Source: Octopus bimaculoides (taxonomy: Eukaryota). Taken from it: a DNA stretch of 54,191 nucleotides. Below are positions 14,573 to 37,000 of this stretch, in pieces; within the stretch, counting starts at the first letter, position 1; each line of letters begins with the position of its first letter. The notes under the pieces were generated by a model. That model saw only the letters and a program-made list of their open reading frames with translations, was not told the origin of the DNA and did no database searches. Location: assembly GCF_001194135.2 (NCBI RefSeq), contig NC_069003.1, positions 36,429,154 to 36,483,344 of the forward strand. Reading direction: 5' to 3'. Both the position numbers and the translations under genes were made by a program.

Positions 14573-15166
14573 NNNNNNNNNNNNNNNNNNNNNNNNNNNN
14601 NNNNNNNNNNNNNNNNNNNNNNNNNNNNNNNNNNNNNNNNNNNNNNNNNNNNNNNNNNNNNNNNNNNNNNNNNNNNNNNNNNNNNNNNNNNNNNNNNNNN
14701 NNNNNNNNNNNNNNNNNNNNNNNNNNNNNNNNNNNNNNNNNNNNNNNNNNNNNNNNNNNNNNNNNNNNNNNNNNNNNNNNNNNNNNNNNNNNNNNNNNNN
14801 NNNNNNNNNNNNNNNNNNNNNNNNNNNNNNNNNNNNNNNNNNNNNNNNNNNNNNNNNNNNNNNNNNNNNNNNNNNNNNNNNNNNNNNNNNNNNNNNNNNN
14901 NNNNNNNNNNNNNNNNNNNNNNNNNNNNNNNNNNNNNNNNNNNNNNNNNNNNNNNNNNNNNNNNNNNNNNNNNNNNNNNNNNNNNNNNNNNNNNNNNNNN
15001 NNNNNNNNNNNNNNNNNNNNNNNNNNNNNNNNNNNNNNNNNNNNNNNNNNGATTAAAGGCTACAATGTCAAAAGGAGGTACATGTTGACGCAAAGAAGAT
15101 CGAATCGATGCACTACAGATTGCCCGAAGCTAACTTTCTTCCTACACCTCGATCCCCGGATCTTAC

Positions 15167-15203
<37 letters not shown>

Positions 15204-15832
15204 TGACTGTATTAAAGTGTTTTAAATCTTTAAAAACAACATAGAATTATTATTGTTATATGAACAGAGTTCAAATAAAGCAGACATGTCCAATACGATG
15301 CACCTCCCCCCACCGATAACACGTCCGACAAGTATAATAGTCATTAAAACTTCGAAGTTACTATCAACAAATTATAATAAGCCTGCAAAACACAAGTAAA
15401 GCCTAAGTAATATGTTACATCCTAATGAAATATTTTAAAAACGTAGAAATTTTACTGGTTGTTGCCTATTATCGATTATTACCTATGTCTATATGCTTCG
15501 AGTACCTCCAATGTAAGTGAGAATACGATATTCTAGAATTACTATGATACTCTCTGCATATCACGAAGAAGGGAAACAGCAAAATAAACAAACATAAATC
15601 CACATTTGCTTTCATAACTTACAGTAGCTTTCGTTAATGCTACCATCGCTTCCTGACTAGCAAGTGACACGTCTGGATCGAGTTTGATGATTTTACGAAT
15701 CCTACTAATTGGTAATTTCACCAATTTGTCTGAAGTAACACCATTCGTCTCTGTGTGCTCGCTGTCATCTTTCCTCAATTCTTTTTCGCTATTTTCATTT
15801 ACATTTGGATCGTCAGGAGTTTCTCCCGCCAT
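7914..15832 (-). CDS. POLE4: DNA polymerase epsilon subunit 4 (histone-fold, DPB3/CHRAC-like); terminal coding exon not resolved
   Basis: Exons 15832-15623 (MAGETPDD...KLPISRIRKIIKLDPDVSLASQEAMVALTKAT), 13472-13388 (ELFVQYLSREAAIYTFQGKRKTLQRKDL) and 7955-7914 (DNAVERTDTLAFLD). Junctions are GT-AG with matching phases, and the sequence is colinear with the vertebrate POLE4 histone fold. A candidate last exon is 7691-7660 (VIDGFCYQGN*), low confidence. Confidence 0.88.
12815..13105 (+). mobile_element. tRNA-derived SINE
   Basis: A-box-like GGCGTAGTGG and B-box-like GGTTTGATTCC, followed by a TTCTTGAGCAAAACCCTT central domain. No complete cloverleaf. Confidence 0.75.
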
Positions 15833-15960
15833 TTTTTTAGAAAGACAATTAAAAAGTGAGAACGTGGACAACGAAAAGAAACTCTCCCGTATTAAATGTT
15901 TTATATAAAATTGATCTAAAAGAAAATATGAAAGGTACGAAAAGTACAACTTTACTCCAA
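15820..15960 (-). promoter_or_regulatory. POLE4 start region with YY1/TISU-like AAAATGGCG over the ATG and an E2F-like GGCGGGA
   Basis: The plus strand reads TCCCGCCATTTT at 15824-15835. The neighbourhood is CpG-retaining. Confidence 0.45.
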
Positions 15961-16910
15961 AATTATATTTCTTAGAAATCTTTCTCCAGATTTCTCTATC
16001 GTAAATTAATTAATTAGTAATTTTTTTTAAAGACTTATATTTAAACAAAAAAATAAATTGAAACTGTAAATATATAAATACTCAACATATTCACTAAATA
16101 TTCGGATCATTAATATACTGGCAAGAAATAATTATTCCTTTCATTCCTCGAATAACGGTTTTATTTGAAGCAATTCATTTTTTAATATTTTTGTAGTAAT
16201 TGACTTCAAGGACTTCGAAGGCACCTTACGGGATCTGCTAGAAACCACAGCCAAACATCCTTCGAAGGACACATTGAAAAATATAATCCTGGATACACAG
16301 TCTGAAGACATGATGGTCACGACAGCAGCAGCTTTGAAAAGGAAAGCTTCATCAGGCTAATTTCCTGGGGTCTAAATACCAACAACCTACCAATTTAAAA
16401 TACCCAAACACTGTGTGGTACCTTAATCAAGTGATAGCTACTATGGCCTTGGGCTAACTTAAATTTCATAAATGGCTTTGGTTGGTGGAAACTGAAAGAA
16501 GCGTATTGTATTTGTGTGTTGGAGGAGGATTGTTTTGTGTTTCTGTCATCTTGACATCATTCTATAATTGCAAACAAGCAGTGTTCCTAATCTCATGTCT
16601 TGTGAAAAACATGCCCAGCCTTGAGGCTCGATAAGATATATTACCTTGCTTGCAAATAAGCAAAAGTTGCCGACAGGAGAGGCATCCAGCCTCAGAAAAT
16701 CCATCTCAAGAAATTCCTTGTGCGACTCATGCAAGCATAAAAAATTGAACTTTAAAATGATGAAAATGATGCTGATGATAATGACGACAATGATGATGAT
16801 GATGATGATGAAGAAAATAACGAACGTCTAACTGCATCAGTACTTTACATTTATAAACCTGAATTCTCATTATTTATATTTGACGGATTTTGGTCCTCAT
16901 CTTGTTTGTT

Positions 16911-16960
16911 GTAAACACAACGTTTCGGTTGATGTACCCCCCAGCCTTCATCAGGTTAAC
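16911..16960 (-). ncRNA. Minimal type I hammerhead ribozyme-like motif inside a hairpin repeat
   Basis: The minus strand reads GTTAAC-CTGATGA-AGGCTG...CAACC-GAAA-CGTT-GTGTTTAC. It has the CUGAUGA and GAAA cores, stem II GGCTG/CAACC with one mismatch, and a palindromic ACGT stem III. It is flanked by 27-bp inverted repeats at 16872-16898 and 16965-16991. Confidence 0.6.
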
Positions 16961-18120
16961 AAACGAGGACAAATATCCGTCAAATGTAAATGATATAAAT
17001 AATGTACATAATTTCTCATCTCTTAAATATAGAACTGTATTATCTGAATTCTCATGTCTTATTTTGGCAAAGTCTTTTGTATGAGGCACAGACATAAAAC
17101 TGAATATAGAGATGTCCTTTCAAAATTTAATGATCTCATTAGGATATAATATAAGATTTAATGAAACCACTGACCATGCCATATAACGCACCAATGGCTA
17201 AAATGGACTGACCAGTGGATTGAGTGTGCATCTCTTATGCCAAATGGTATCCTCTTCCATCTTGGAAACCACTTTGTTTGGGTATTCTACATTAGAGCTG
17301 AAGTTTCTTGTGAAGATTTGGAGGAGGAATATTTCATTTTCTTTCTGGAAATCATTGGGTTCATACTCCTGCTGGCGAATTTTATTTATACTCTTTGAAA
17401 TTGAAACACTCTGTTCAAAGTACATCCAGCATTCTGTCTGATGTCTCTTTTTCGTTGAATAGATTCAGCCCTAGTACTTATTTTGTCAGTCTCTTTTGCT
17501 GAATTGCGAAGTTATAGAGATGTAAGCAAACCAATAGTAGTCAAGCAGTTAGGAAACAAACGTATATATACTGGGCTTCCACATAGTTTCCATCTACGAA
17601 ATTGACTCACAGGGCATTATTTGGCCTGAAGCTACAGCAAAAGACACTTGGTGAAGGTGTTGCACAGTAGGAGGGGAAAGCAAGCTTCTTAACCACACAG
17701 ACGTCATAACAGCAAGTGTTTAGTGAAACCATTTACAGTAATGAAGTTTGATGTTTTGATTTCAATAAGGAATAGCTAAACGAGGACAATCTTAGGCTCT
17801 TTTGCTATTCTACAATGAGTCAGGTCGGTACTAACACAGCTAATCCAGGTTTTCTTGACCCCTTGATGCATTCAACTGCCAAAGACCATCTTGTGCTGAC
17901 ATTACTTACAAGGTCCCACAGGTTTTCCTTTCTTTGCAAAAAGCTAATCTCCTCCAATTTATTTGCCTCATTCAAGAAATAGAATCTCATTCTGTGATTT
18001 ATGAATTCAACAAATTAAATGTTTTAGAACAACACTACTGATCCGTACTCGTCATTTCATTTCTCTTTTATAAGATTTAAAGTGAGATACATAAATATAA
18101 CACTACAGCATCTCTACATT

Positions 18121-18945
18121 CATCATCATCATCGTTTAACGTCCGCTTTCCATGCTAGCATGGGTTGGACGATTTGACTGAGGACTGGTGAAACCGGATG
18201 GCAACACCAGGCTCCAGTCTGATTTGGCAGAGTTTCTACAGCTGGATGCCCTTCCTAACGCCAACCACTCAGAGTGTAGTGGGTGCTTTTACGTGTCACC
18301 CGCACGAAAACAGCCACGCTCGAAATGGTGTCTTTTATGTGCCACCNNNNNNNNNNNNNNNNNNNNNNNNNNNNNNNNNNNNNNNNNNNNNNNNNNNNNN
18401 NNNNNNNNNNNNNNNNNNNNNNNNNNNNNNNNNNNNNNNNNNNNNNNNNNNNNNNNNNNNNNNNNNNNNNNNNNNNNNNNNNNNNNNNNNNNNNNNNNNN
18501 NNNNNNNNNNNNNNNNNNNNNNNNNNNNNNNNNNNNNNNNNNNNNNNNNNNNNNNNNNNNNNNNNNNNNNNNNNNNNNNNNNNNNNGTACGAAGGTCTTG
18601 CCTCACCACCTCAGCCCAGGTCTTCCTGGGCCTACCTCTTCCACGGGTTCCCTCAACTGTTAGGGTGTTGCACTTTTTCACGCAGCTATCCTCCTCCATT
18701 CTCACCACATGTCCATACCAGCGCAATCGTCTCTCTTGCACGCCACAACTGATGCTTCTAATGTTCAGCTTTTCTCTCAAGATACTTACACTCTGACGGG
18801 TATTCACATTGACATTACACGTCCAACGGAGCATACTGGCTTCATTCCTTGCGAGCTTACGTATGTCCTCAGCAGTTACAGCCCATGTTTCACTGCCATG
18901 TAGCATGGTTGTTCGTACGCATGCGTCATACAGTCTGCCTTATCC
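18121..18945 (-). mobile_element. 5'-truncated RTE-clade LINE (ORF C-terminus, 3' UTR and GAT tail), interrupted by N-gap 18347-18586
   Basis: LHGSETWAV...MLRW...QERRLRWYGHVVRM...[14 protein letters not shown] is the RTE C-terminal signature. The 3' UTR ends in (GAT)n at 18121-18132. Confidence 0.9.
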
Positions 18946-19631
18946 AATGAATACAATTTCCTATTTCATAATTCAGAGCCGAGAATAAAGCACTAAGAGT
19001 CTATGAAAATAATCTTTGGTAAAGGAAAAAATAAAGTTAATGCTGTAATGAAACGTTTGGGGAGTTTTCTTTGAAACCTTACCATAATGAAGTCAGAAAT
19101 TATGCTTTTCTATACATTGTAACTCACCTTTAACTAAGCCATTATAAATTACATCTTGTACAAATATTGAATTTACTTCACTTGAAAATGGTCTTTTCTT
19201 GTTTTATGGCAATTTCTTGTAGCTTTTAATAGTTGTATGTATTTTTACTTAAATTCATATTTTCTCAAATAATTATGCTAAATATGAAAAAAATGTTTGG
19301 AAACTGATATTGTTCTATCAAACTGGAATGGTGCCAGTGAATTGCAAATAAAAATCACAGCTGATCCAAACAAAATAATGAAATACACCGACTGGATAAG
19401 GCATCTCTGCCAAAATTCTTTTAGTTTTTGAATTAGAAAAATTGTATTTTAAATATGTACTAGTTTAATAATTGACTCATGATAAAATAAAACAGAACAA
19501 AAACCAAATAATTTTATTTCTTTATTTTTCTTCTTTTTAGTAAATTCACTATTCAGGTGTATCTGATTGAAAGAGCTGATAGATTGCATAACATCCCAGT
19601 CTAACAGTTGTTGAGAAACAAGATCAATTCG

Positions 19632-29712
<10,081 letters not shown>

Positions 29713-30345
29713 TTTGTCATACTCTCGATTACGCTATATACTCTCTAATCAGTTATATATATATGTATATATATATGTGCAAGATAATTTTTTTTTTCAA
29801 TATTACAAACGTTATTTTATATCAGTAAATTTTAATTGAAACTCATTTCTTAAAATACAACTACTTCATGTTCCATATCAAAAATATCAAATTAACTTGT
29901 TTGAAAACAATTATAAATGATATCCCTTTTGTAACAAGTTTGTTAGAGAGTATGCATACTCAAGTATATATTTCTATAAAGAGAGAGGTAGAGGTAGGTT
30001 TAGTTGTACAAATTTGAGCATTCTTGCTGATAACAATGTTTATCGCCATTCAAAGACAGTCGTGCCGTCTTCTAATCTCCCTCAAATTTGCATAACACTC
30101 TTATTGCCTTGGAAGATGTGATCGATCTTATTACGACAATGGCCAGCTTTATTACATTATATTCATAAGATAATATTTTTAAAATTAAGCTTTCTAAAAA
30201 CCTTTCCTCTTGTGAAATAGGTCCTATTTGCCCAAGTAAACATTTTAAAAACAATAATAATATAAACTTGTTGAATATAGAAACGATATAAATAAAGGGC
30301 CTTATGCAACCTGGTTAGAGATTAACAGATTACGCGCCATTTTAA
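29713..30345. promoter_or_regulatory. Putative bidirectional promoter shared by METAP2 and POT1
   Basis: Divergent gene starts. YY1-type CGCCATTTT at 30335-30343 and CCATTTT overlapping the METAP2 ATG. CpG dinucleotides are visibly more frequent than in the gene bodies (by eye). Confidence 0.6.
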
Positions 30346-31047
30346 ACGTTTGTTCACAGCGAAATCCGTTCTCCACGCTTCCAGGCTGACAACATTTACC
30401 TTTAAGGTATTTTTATAAAGTAAATATATATTCTATACATGTTTCTTTAAGTTTATGTATTTGTCAAATTCAACAAACTGATAGAAACTTTATTATTTTG
30501 TTTCTAAAGCTATTGCTCTACTTACAAGTGAAGTTGTTTTACTGAAGAATTAGTTTTAAAATTCATAGTAAATATTTCCTGTAGTAATAACGTTTAAGTA
30601 AATATATTTGCCTTGTCGGGATAATAGCTGTTATTATTGACTGTTATACTTTGTTATCACCCGAAACGAAAATACGTGAAAATCAAACATCAAAATCTCC
30701 ATAATAATTTCTTGTTTCTTTGAAGATTTTCTGTAGATACAAACAATAATGATTCAGATATGTTTAATAATGTTTTATTTTTTAGTATAAAATATATATT
30801 TAACAAGAATACTGTTAGTAGTAGTTCCACTATGTTATTGTGCAGGTGACGAAACATTCCTGCAGTTTAACTCCCCCAAAAAGGACATCTGAGAACAACC
30901 GAATCTTTGTTACCGTTTCCTCAAATCTGGTTTAAGATCTTCACCGAATTTAGTAACACAATTAAACGATGGTGTCGAGAATTGAAAGCAGTAGTCTTAA
31001 ACAATAAACCTAATGATAACCACCACTTTTAAAAAGCGTCCAGAAAA
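30320..31047 (+). other. Putative POT1 5' leader: non-coding exon ending 30406 and leader part of exon 30846-31080
   Basis: Donor AAG|GTATTT at 30406/30407 and acceptor TTATTGTGCAG| ending 30845. Lies in a CpG-retaining zone upstream of the inferred ATG. The TSS position is a guess. Confidence 0.5.
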
Positions 31048-34000
31048 ATGGACACAGGAAAAATTACTATTACTTGTTTCGTACGTGTGGGGTTTCTAGG
31101 CAGCGCTTGCTCACTCATAGAACACTAATTTAGAGGCAGACGATACGAAAAATAAGTTCAATAGGTAGTTTACTTGATAAGCAATGCATTAATAGTTTAA
31201 GCATTTATTTATTCGTTTCGATCATTTAGGGTAACCAGGTTATTTTTATACATTCCCCGTAATTGTTTCGGTTTAGTTGTTTGCACTTAACATGTTCCGC
31301 AGTCGCAATATCACCCAAATTACGAAGGTAAACATTAAGAAAATGGGAGGAAAATAGGATAGCAGTAAATAAATAACCGAAACAGTGGCATGCACACTCC
31401 TTCAGCTACACATCGCACCAGGGTGAAACTGGTGTTCCCTGCTGGAAACTTTGGCGGGTGACTGGTTTGTTTAGAAAATTTAATGACGTTCGTGTTTTGG
31501 TTCGGAAATGTTGCGTATTCGACTCCCCTGCCCGTGTTTCTATTGTATTCTTTGTCGGCGAAGGTAAAGATTATGTACACCACCCGTTTTCAGCGTAACA
31601 AAAACCCTAATCCTAACCCCTAACCACCGGGTGTACGTATTCTTTACTTTCGCCTTCTTTGTCTTCTAGTTTTCGGCCTGAAATAAACTATCGCCGTTTT
31701 AAGTTGGATGATACTGTTAAGAATATTGGAGTAATGTAGTTTAATTGAAGCAGTGTGGAAAGCCATAAGTTGGAAATAAAAGGGGTGAAAACAGGAATAA
31801 GATATATGTATATAAAAAAAAAACAAAAACAGGTTACACATTTACCTTGTGTTTCAGATTTAAAATACTCTGTATCAAGAAGAAATTTTAAAAAATATGG
31901 TATTGGGGCTGTTGCTATATTATTTAGATGAAGATGAAGAGTCGTGCCTGTAACATTTCCATATCTGACTAGACTTGTGAAATCCTGTTTATATGATTGC
32001 AAATAGTTCAAACTGTCTCGGTTGGTCTGTGTAGAAAGAGAACTGGCAGAAGTTCCGGAGGTTTACGATCCTGGGAAGAAAGGAATAGGTTTTGGAAGGG
32101 TGATACAACTGGGATGACAGTAGGAGGAAAGTGGGGGTTAAGTGGTGTCGGTAATTCAGTGGACCATAATACAGCAGAAGAGAGAAGTAACCTGCTTAAG
32201 ACTGGATCAACCCTGATTGAGCAGAATCTATGATGAAAAACTTTCCAACCATGAACACCAATCATGATTTTAAACATGGAATACCATATAGTTATAAATG
32301 CACCATGTAGCCATTTTTTAAAAGATGGTTAATTGTAATCACTGCTATTTTTGGCAGGTCAAGTATTTTTTAACAGAAGTAGGGCATCTCAGAGAAATTT
32401 GGTTAGTTAAAACAAAATTGTTTTTGAAATCCTCCTCCTCCTCAGAATGGAGTTGGGGGAGGCTCCTCTCAGAATTCTAGGGGTTTTGAGATGCTTCTGT
32501 TTTTCTTTTGGTTGGTGCCTAGCAGAGAGGCATGGGCCTCTCCTTGGTTCTTCAGGCTTCTGGAGTGATATACCAGCAGGCCATCCCTTATAGAATCAGT
32601 TTCTGAACAGAGATATTCCACCCATGGCATTCCCATTATTTTTCAGGCATAAAATAGCTTCAACTACATTATCCAAAGTGTCCTTCTTTTATTTAAGATG
32701 ACAGAGAGTGATTTGAGGGAGATTTCTTGCAGGTCTATGATAGGTATGGTGTGTTGGCCATGGTTTATTAATTAATTGGATAGAATTGATGTTAAACACC
32801 TCATTGCTACTTTCTCTTTTTGTCTGCCTCACTATCTCACATATCCACCAAACCTCCTCTACCATCCCCGCCCAGAGCCACTCCTATATTTCCCACCTGC
32901 TCAGTCACCTCTTCTCCATCTCTAACCATTTCCCTTCGCACTTTTATGTGACAGCCCCTTCTATTGCCTCTGCTCACTCACCCTGTCCAAACCTCTGCTC
33001 CACTTATAGTCATCTCCATCACCATCTTTCTCTCTCTGCTTGTCTGTCTTCCTATCTTTCTCTCTTGCTCTACCTCTCTTTTCTCTCCTTTCCTTTCCAA
33101 CTGCGGTAGCCATAGCAAGATACTTATTCTTTATCCCTACTTTAATTTCTCAATAGGTACAAAGCCACTCCATCAATACTACTTCTCTTAAGGGGGTCTT
33201 TGTCTTGCAGTTAGTGGGTGACCCCACTGATGCTGGTGCCAGGGATACATAAAAAGCACCCAGTCCACTCTGTAAAGTGGTTGCATCCATCTATAGAAAC
33301 CATTCCAAAAGAGACAAGGGAACCACTTGGCAAAGTCCTCTGGCTTGCCAGCTCCTGTCAAACAGTTCAACCCATGCCAGCATGGAAAACAGACATTGAG
33401 TTATGCATTGGTAGCGATAAGGGCATCTCAGCATAGAAAAAATGCCTCAAAAGCCTGTCTCACCCGTGTGGCATGGAAAAGCGGGCATTAACATAATGAT
33501 GATGATGATGATTGACTTAAAAAGCCATGAAATAAATTTATTTAACAAAAATCATTTCATAAAATTGCTGGCGAGAGGAGCACTGAAGCGTTCATTGTGA
33601 TTATTGAAGAACAGGTTTTGCTCAAAGCGCCATCGTTTGATTANNNNNNNNNNNNNNNNNNNNNNNNNNNNNNNNNNNNNNNNNNNNNNNNNNNNNNNNN
33701 NNNNNNNNNNNNNNNNNNNNNNNNNNNNNNNNNNNNNNNNNNNNNNNNNNNNNNNNNNNNNNNNNNNNNNNNNNNNNNNNNNNNNNNNNNNNNNNNNNNN
33801 NNNNNNNNNNNNNNNNNNNNNNNNNNNNNNNNNNNNNNNNNNNNNNNNNNNNNNNNNNNNNNNNNNNNNNNNNNNNNNNNNNNNNNNNNNNNNNNNNNNN
33901 NNNNNNNNNNNNNNNNNNNNNNNNNNNNNNNNNNNNNNNNNNNNNNNNNNNNNNNNNNNNNNNNNNNNNNNNNNNNNNNNNNNNNNNNNNNNNNNNNNNN

Positions 34001-37000
34001 NNNNNNNNNNNNNNNNNNNNNNNNNNNNNNNNNNNNNNNNNNNNNNNNNNNNNNNNNNNNNNNNNNNNNNNNNNNNNNNNNNNNNNNNNNNNNNNNNNNN
34101 NNNNNNNNNNNNNNNNNNNNNNNNNNNNNNNNNNNNNNNNNNNNNNNNNNNNNNNNNNNNNNNNNNNNNNNNNNNNNNNNNNNNNNNNNNNNNNNNNNNN
34201 NNNNNNNNNNNNNNNNNNNNNNNNNNNNNNNNNNNNNNNNNNNNNNNNNNNNNNNNNNNNNNNNNNNNNNNNNNNNNNNNNNNNNNNNNNNNNNNNNNNN
34301 NNNNNNNNNNNNNNNNNNNNNNNNNNNNNAAACACAGACGAAATGCCGCTAAGTATTTTGCCTGGCATGTTAATAATTCTGCCAGCTCACCACCTTCAAT
34401 AATAATAAATGCCCTGATTTAGTACCAGGTAGTGAGTCTCATGGCTTCTGATCTTAAATCATTGGAAGTGTTATCATGTCCATGTTTTGTCTTGGTATAA
34501 AAGATTCTGCTCACTACCACAGATTTCCTTGTCAGTTGTTTGACCTTAACCAGTTGAACAAGTCCCTTGGTGGCTGACGATATGTGCATCTCTGAACACA
34601 AGCAGAAGTAGTGGGAGAGCATCATAGCCATGTGTTGAGAGGAATTCTTTGGGATTTGAATAATTCACCTCTGGAAACATGGGGGTTTCATTCAACATCC
34701 TTAAACAACCCTTACTCAAGGACTGTTTGAGCAGGATGGGCTACTTGACCTGAAGAAAATTTCAACTGGCCCCCACCTGCAAGGTCATGTGCTGTTTATC
34801 TTGATATGAGATCACCATGTTGCACACATGGTTGTGGTCTATGAAACCTTATCAGATGGGTAGTCATGATGGGTGTATTGGGCTTTTGTATAATTGTACC
34901 CCAGTGTCACTCTGATGGCATTTGCTGCTCCCTCACCCCAAAATAATAACAATGGTTTAAAATTTTGGCACAAGTCCAGTGACCTGATAAGGAAGGGGCC
35001 AATCAGTGCCGTCAAATGCAGTACTTGACGGGTTCTTTTTTTATTGACTTGGAAAGGATGAAATGACAAAGTTGACCTTGGTGAGATTTGAGCTCAGAAT
35101 ATTAAAAGATTTTACTAAATACCACAAGGTATTTTATCAGCTGCTCTAATGATACTGTCATCCACCAAATAATAATAATGATAATCTTTTCTATAGGTAA
35201 AAGGCTTGAAATTTTGAGGGGGAGGGGACTAGTTGATTACATCAACCCCACTGTGTAACTGGTACTTATTTCATTGACCCTGAAGGAATGAAAGGTAAAG
35301 TTGACTTCAGTGGNNNNNNNNNNAGTACTTGACGGGTTCTTTTTTTATTGACTTGGAAAGGATGAAATGACAAAGTTGACCTTGGTGAGATTTGAGCTCA
35401 GAATATTAAAAGATTTTACTAAATACCACAAGGTATTTTATCAGCTGCTCTAATGATACTGTCATCCACCAAATAATAATAATGATAATCTTTTCTATAG
35501 GTAAAAGGCTTGAAATTTTGAGGGGGAGGGGACTAGTTGATTACATCAACCCCACTGTGTAACTGGTACTTATTTCATTGACCCTGAAGGAATGAAAGGT
35601 AAAGTTGACTTCAGTGGAATTTGAACTCAAAATGTGAAGATGGACGAAATAAGAGCATTATTTTGAATATTTTCATGTTTTGACTTTGTAAAACCTTATA
35701 AACCTGCCTCCATCCTATTTTGGATGTTTGGATTTAAAATTTTAAAGTCTTTTTATTATTTTTCCAGAAACCAGGGACATATTCATACAGACCCTTAAAG
35801 AATTTGAAAGAAGGCACAGTGGTTGATGTCTATGGAATTGTGAAATTTTTTAAGTTGCCCTTTAAAACGAGGGGAACTGGTAAGGCCATTGTCATTTTTT
35901 TCATGTGATTAATCCTTTCTTATAACACTGACAACTACTTATTCTTTAACTGTTATTAATTAAAAACAGTTCTCTATTTAATCCTTTCTACATCTCTTAA
36001 TTTCTTGAGTGATCATTTATTTGCTGAAGGGTTTTAATTGAGCACCAATCAACACACTCTCTCCCAGGTTACCTCTATTCCTACCCAACCCCTTCTCTTG
36101 TCTTTAAAAAAAGTCTATTCCCCTTGTGTTCTTCGTGTTTATTGCTCCTCTGCATCTGTTACATGCAATGTCTACTCCTCTGTTAATCTTCCTGTGACTT
36201 CCCTCTTGTGTGTTCACAGTTTCTGTTGGGTACGCCATACGGAATTGCTGCTTATACCTTTCCTACATATCAAGCTGGGGCCAGTTACCTGAAGTGTCTG
36301 TTTTCCAGCTCATTACACTTTGATCTTTACCTTGGTTAACTTTGAGGTGTTTTGATTCCAGGTTTTCCTTCTTCACCTGGAATTTCTTTCCTGATTCTGC
36401 TGCAGATTCAGCTAAAAAAAAAAAAAGAGTTTAACAACCTAAAGCTATTCCCATGGGCAAATAGTTTTAAATTCTTCCGTTATGTCCTGAAGGACTTACA
36501 ATGAATAAGAAGGGACTGAGAACTGAGCCCTGGTGAACTTGTACTTGCACATTAAATCTATCACGAATTCTCTCCTTACTGACAACCCCTATACATGGTT
36601 GTATATGGCTCTCACACATATTTTTGTTCTTTTCATCATCATCATTGTTTAACGTCCGCCTTCTGTGCTGGCTTAGGTTGGATGGTTTGACAGGAGTTGG
36701 CCAGGCAGAAACCTGCACTAGACTTCTGTGACTGTTTTTGCAGGATTTTTACAGCTGGATGCCCTTCCTAACACCAACCACTCAGCAGAGAGGACTTGAT
36801 GCTTTTTACATGGCACAAGCACAGGCAAGGAACACCAACCACTTTACAGTGTGGACTGGATGCTTTTTAAGTAGCACCTGCATTGACAGGGTAACCAAGT
36901 ACTTTGCAAGACAAAAAAAGCTTTTGAGAGTGGAAGGGACATTGGAGGAAGTGATCTTGTCAGATGATGAAAGGTTAGATTGAGATAGAGAGACAGAAAC

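Noticed and set aside
16325-16356. Second hammerhead (minus strand CTGATGA-AGCTTT...AAAGCT)
   Set aside because: No GAAA follows the stem, so the catalytic core is incomplete.
31335-31583. 82-aa minus-strand ORF overlapping the MITE
   Set aside because: Its ATG comes from the MITE TIR and the peptide has no recognisable homology.
31557-31900. CCCTAA-containing segment as a telomerase RNA template nested in POT1
   Set aside because: The repeats are degenerate and multiple, the enclosing stem loops out only 48 nt, no pseudoknot, CR4/5 or H/ACA box is evident downstream, and the perfect 9-bp TSD points to a transposon insertion.
33597-34422. Long ORFs in the track (also 14388-15093, 43799-44837, 46652-47335)
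   Set aside because: They are open only because they run through N-gaps.
35020-35617. Identical 294-bp tandem duplication (35020-35313 and 35324-35617)
   Set aside because: The copies are exact and flank a 10-N gap, the typical signature of unmerged overlapping contig ends.
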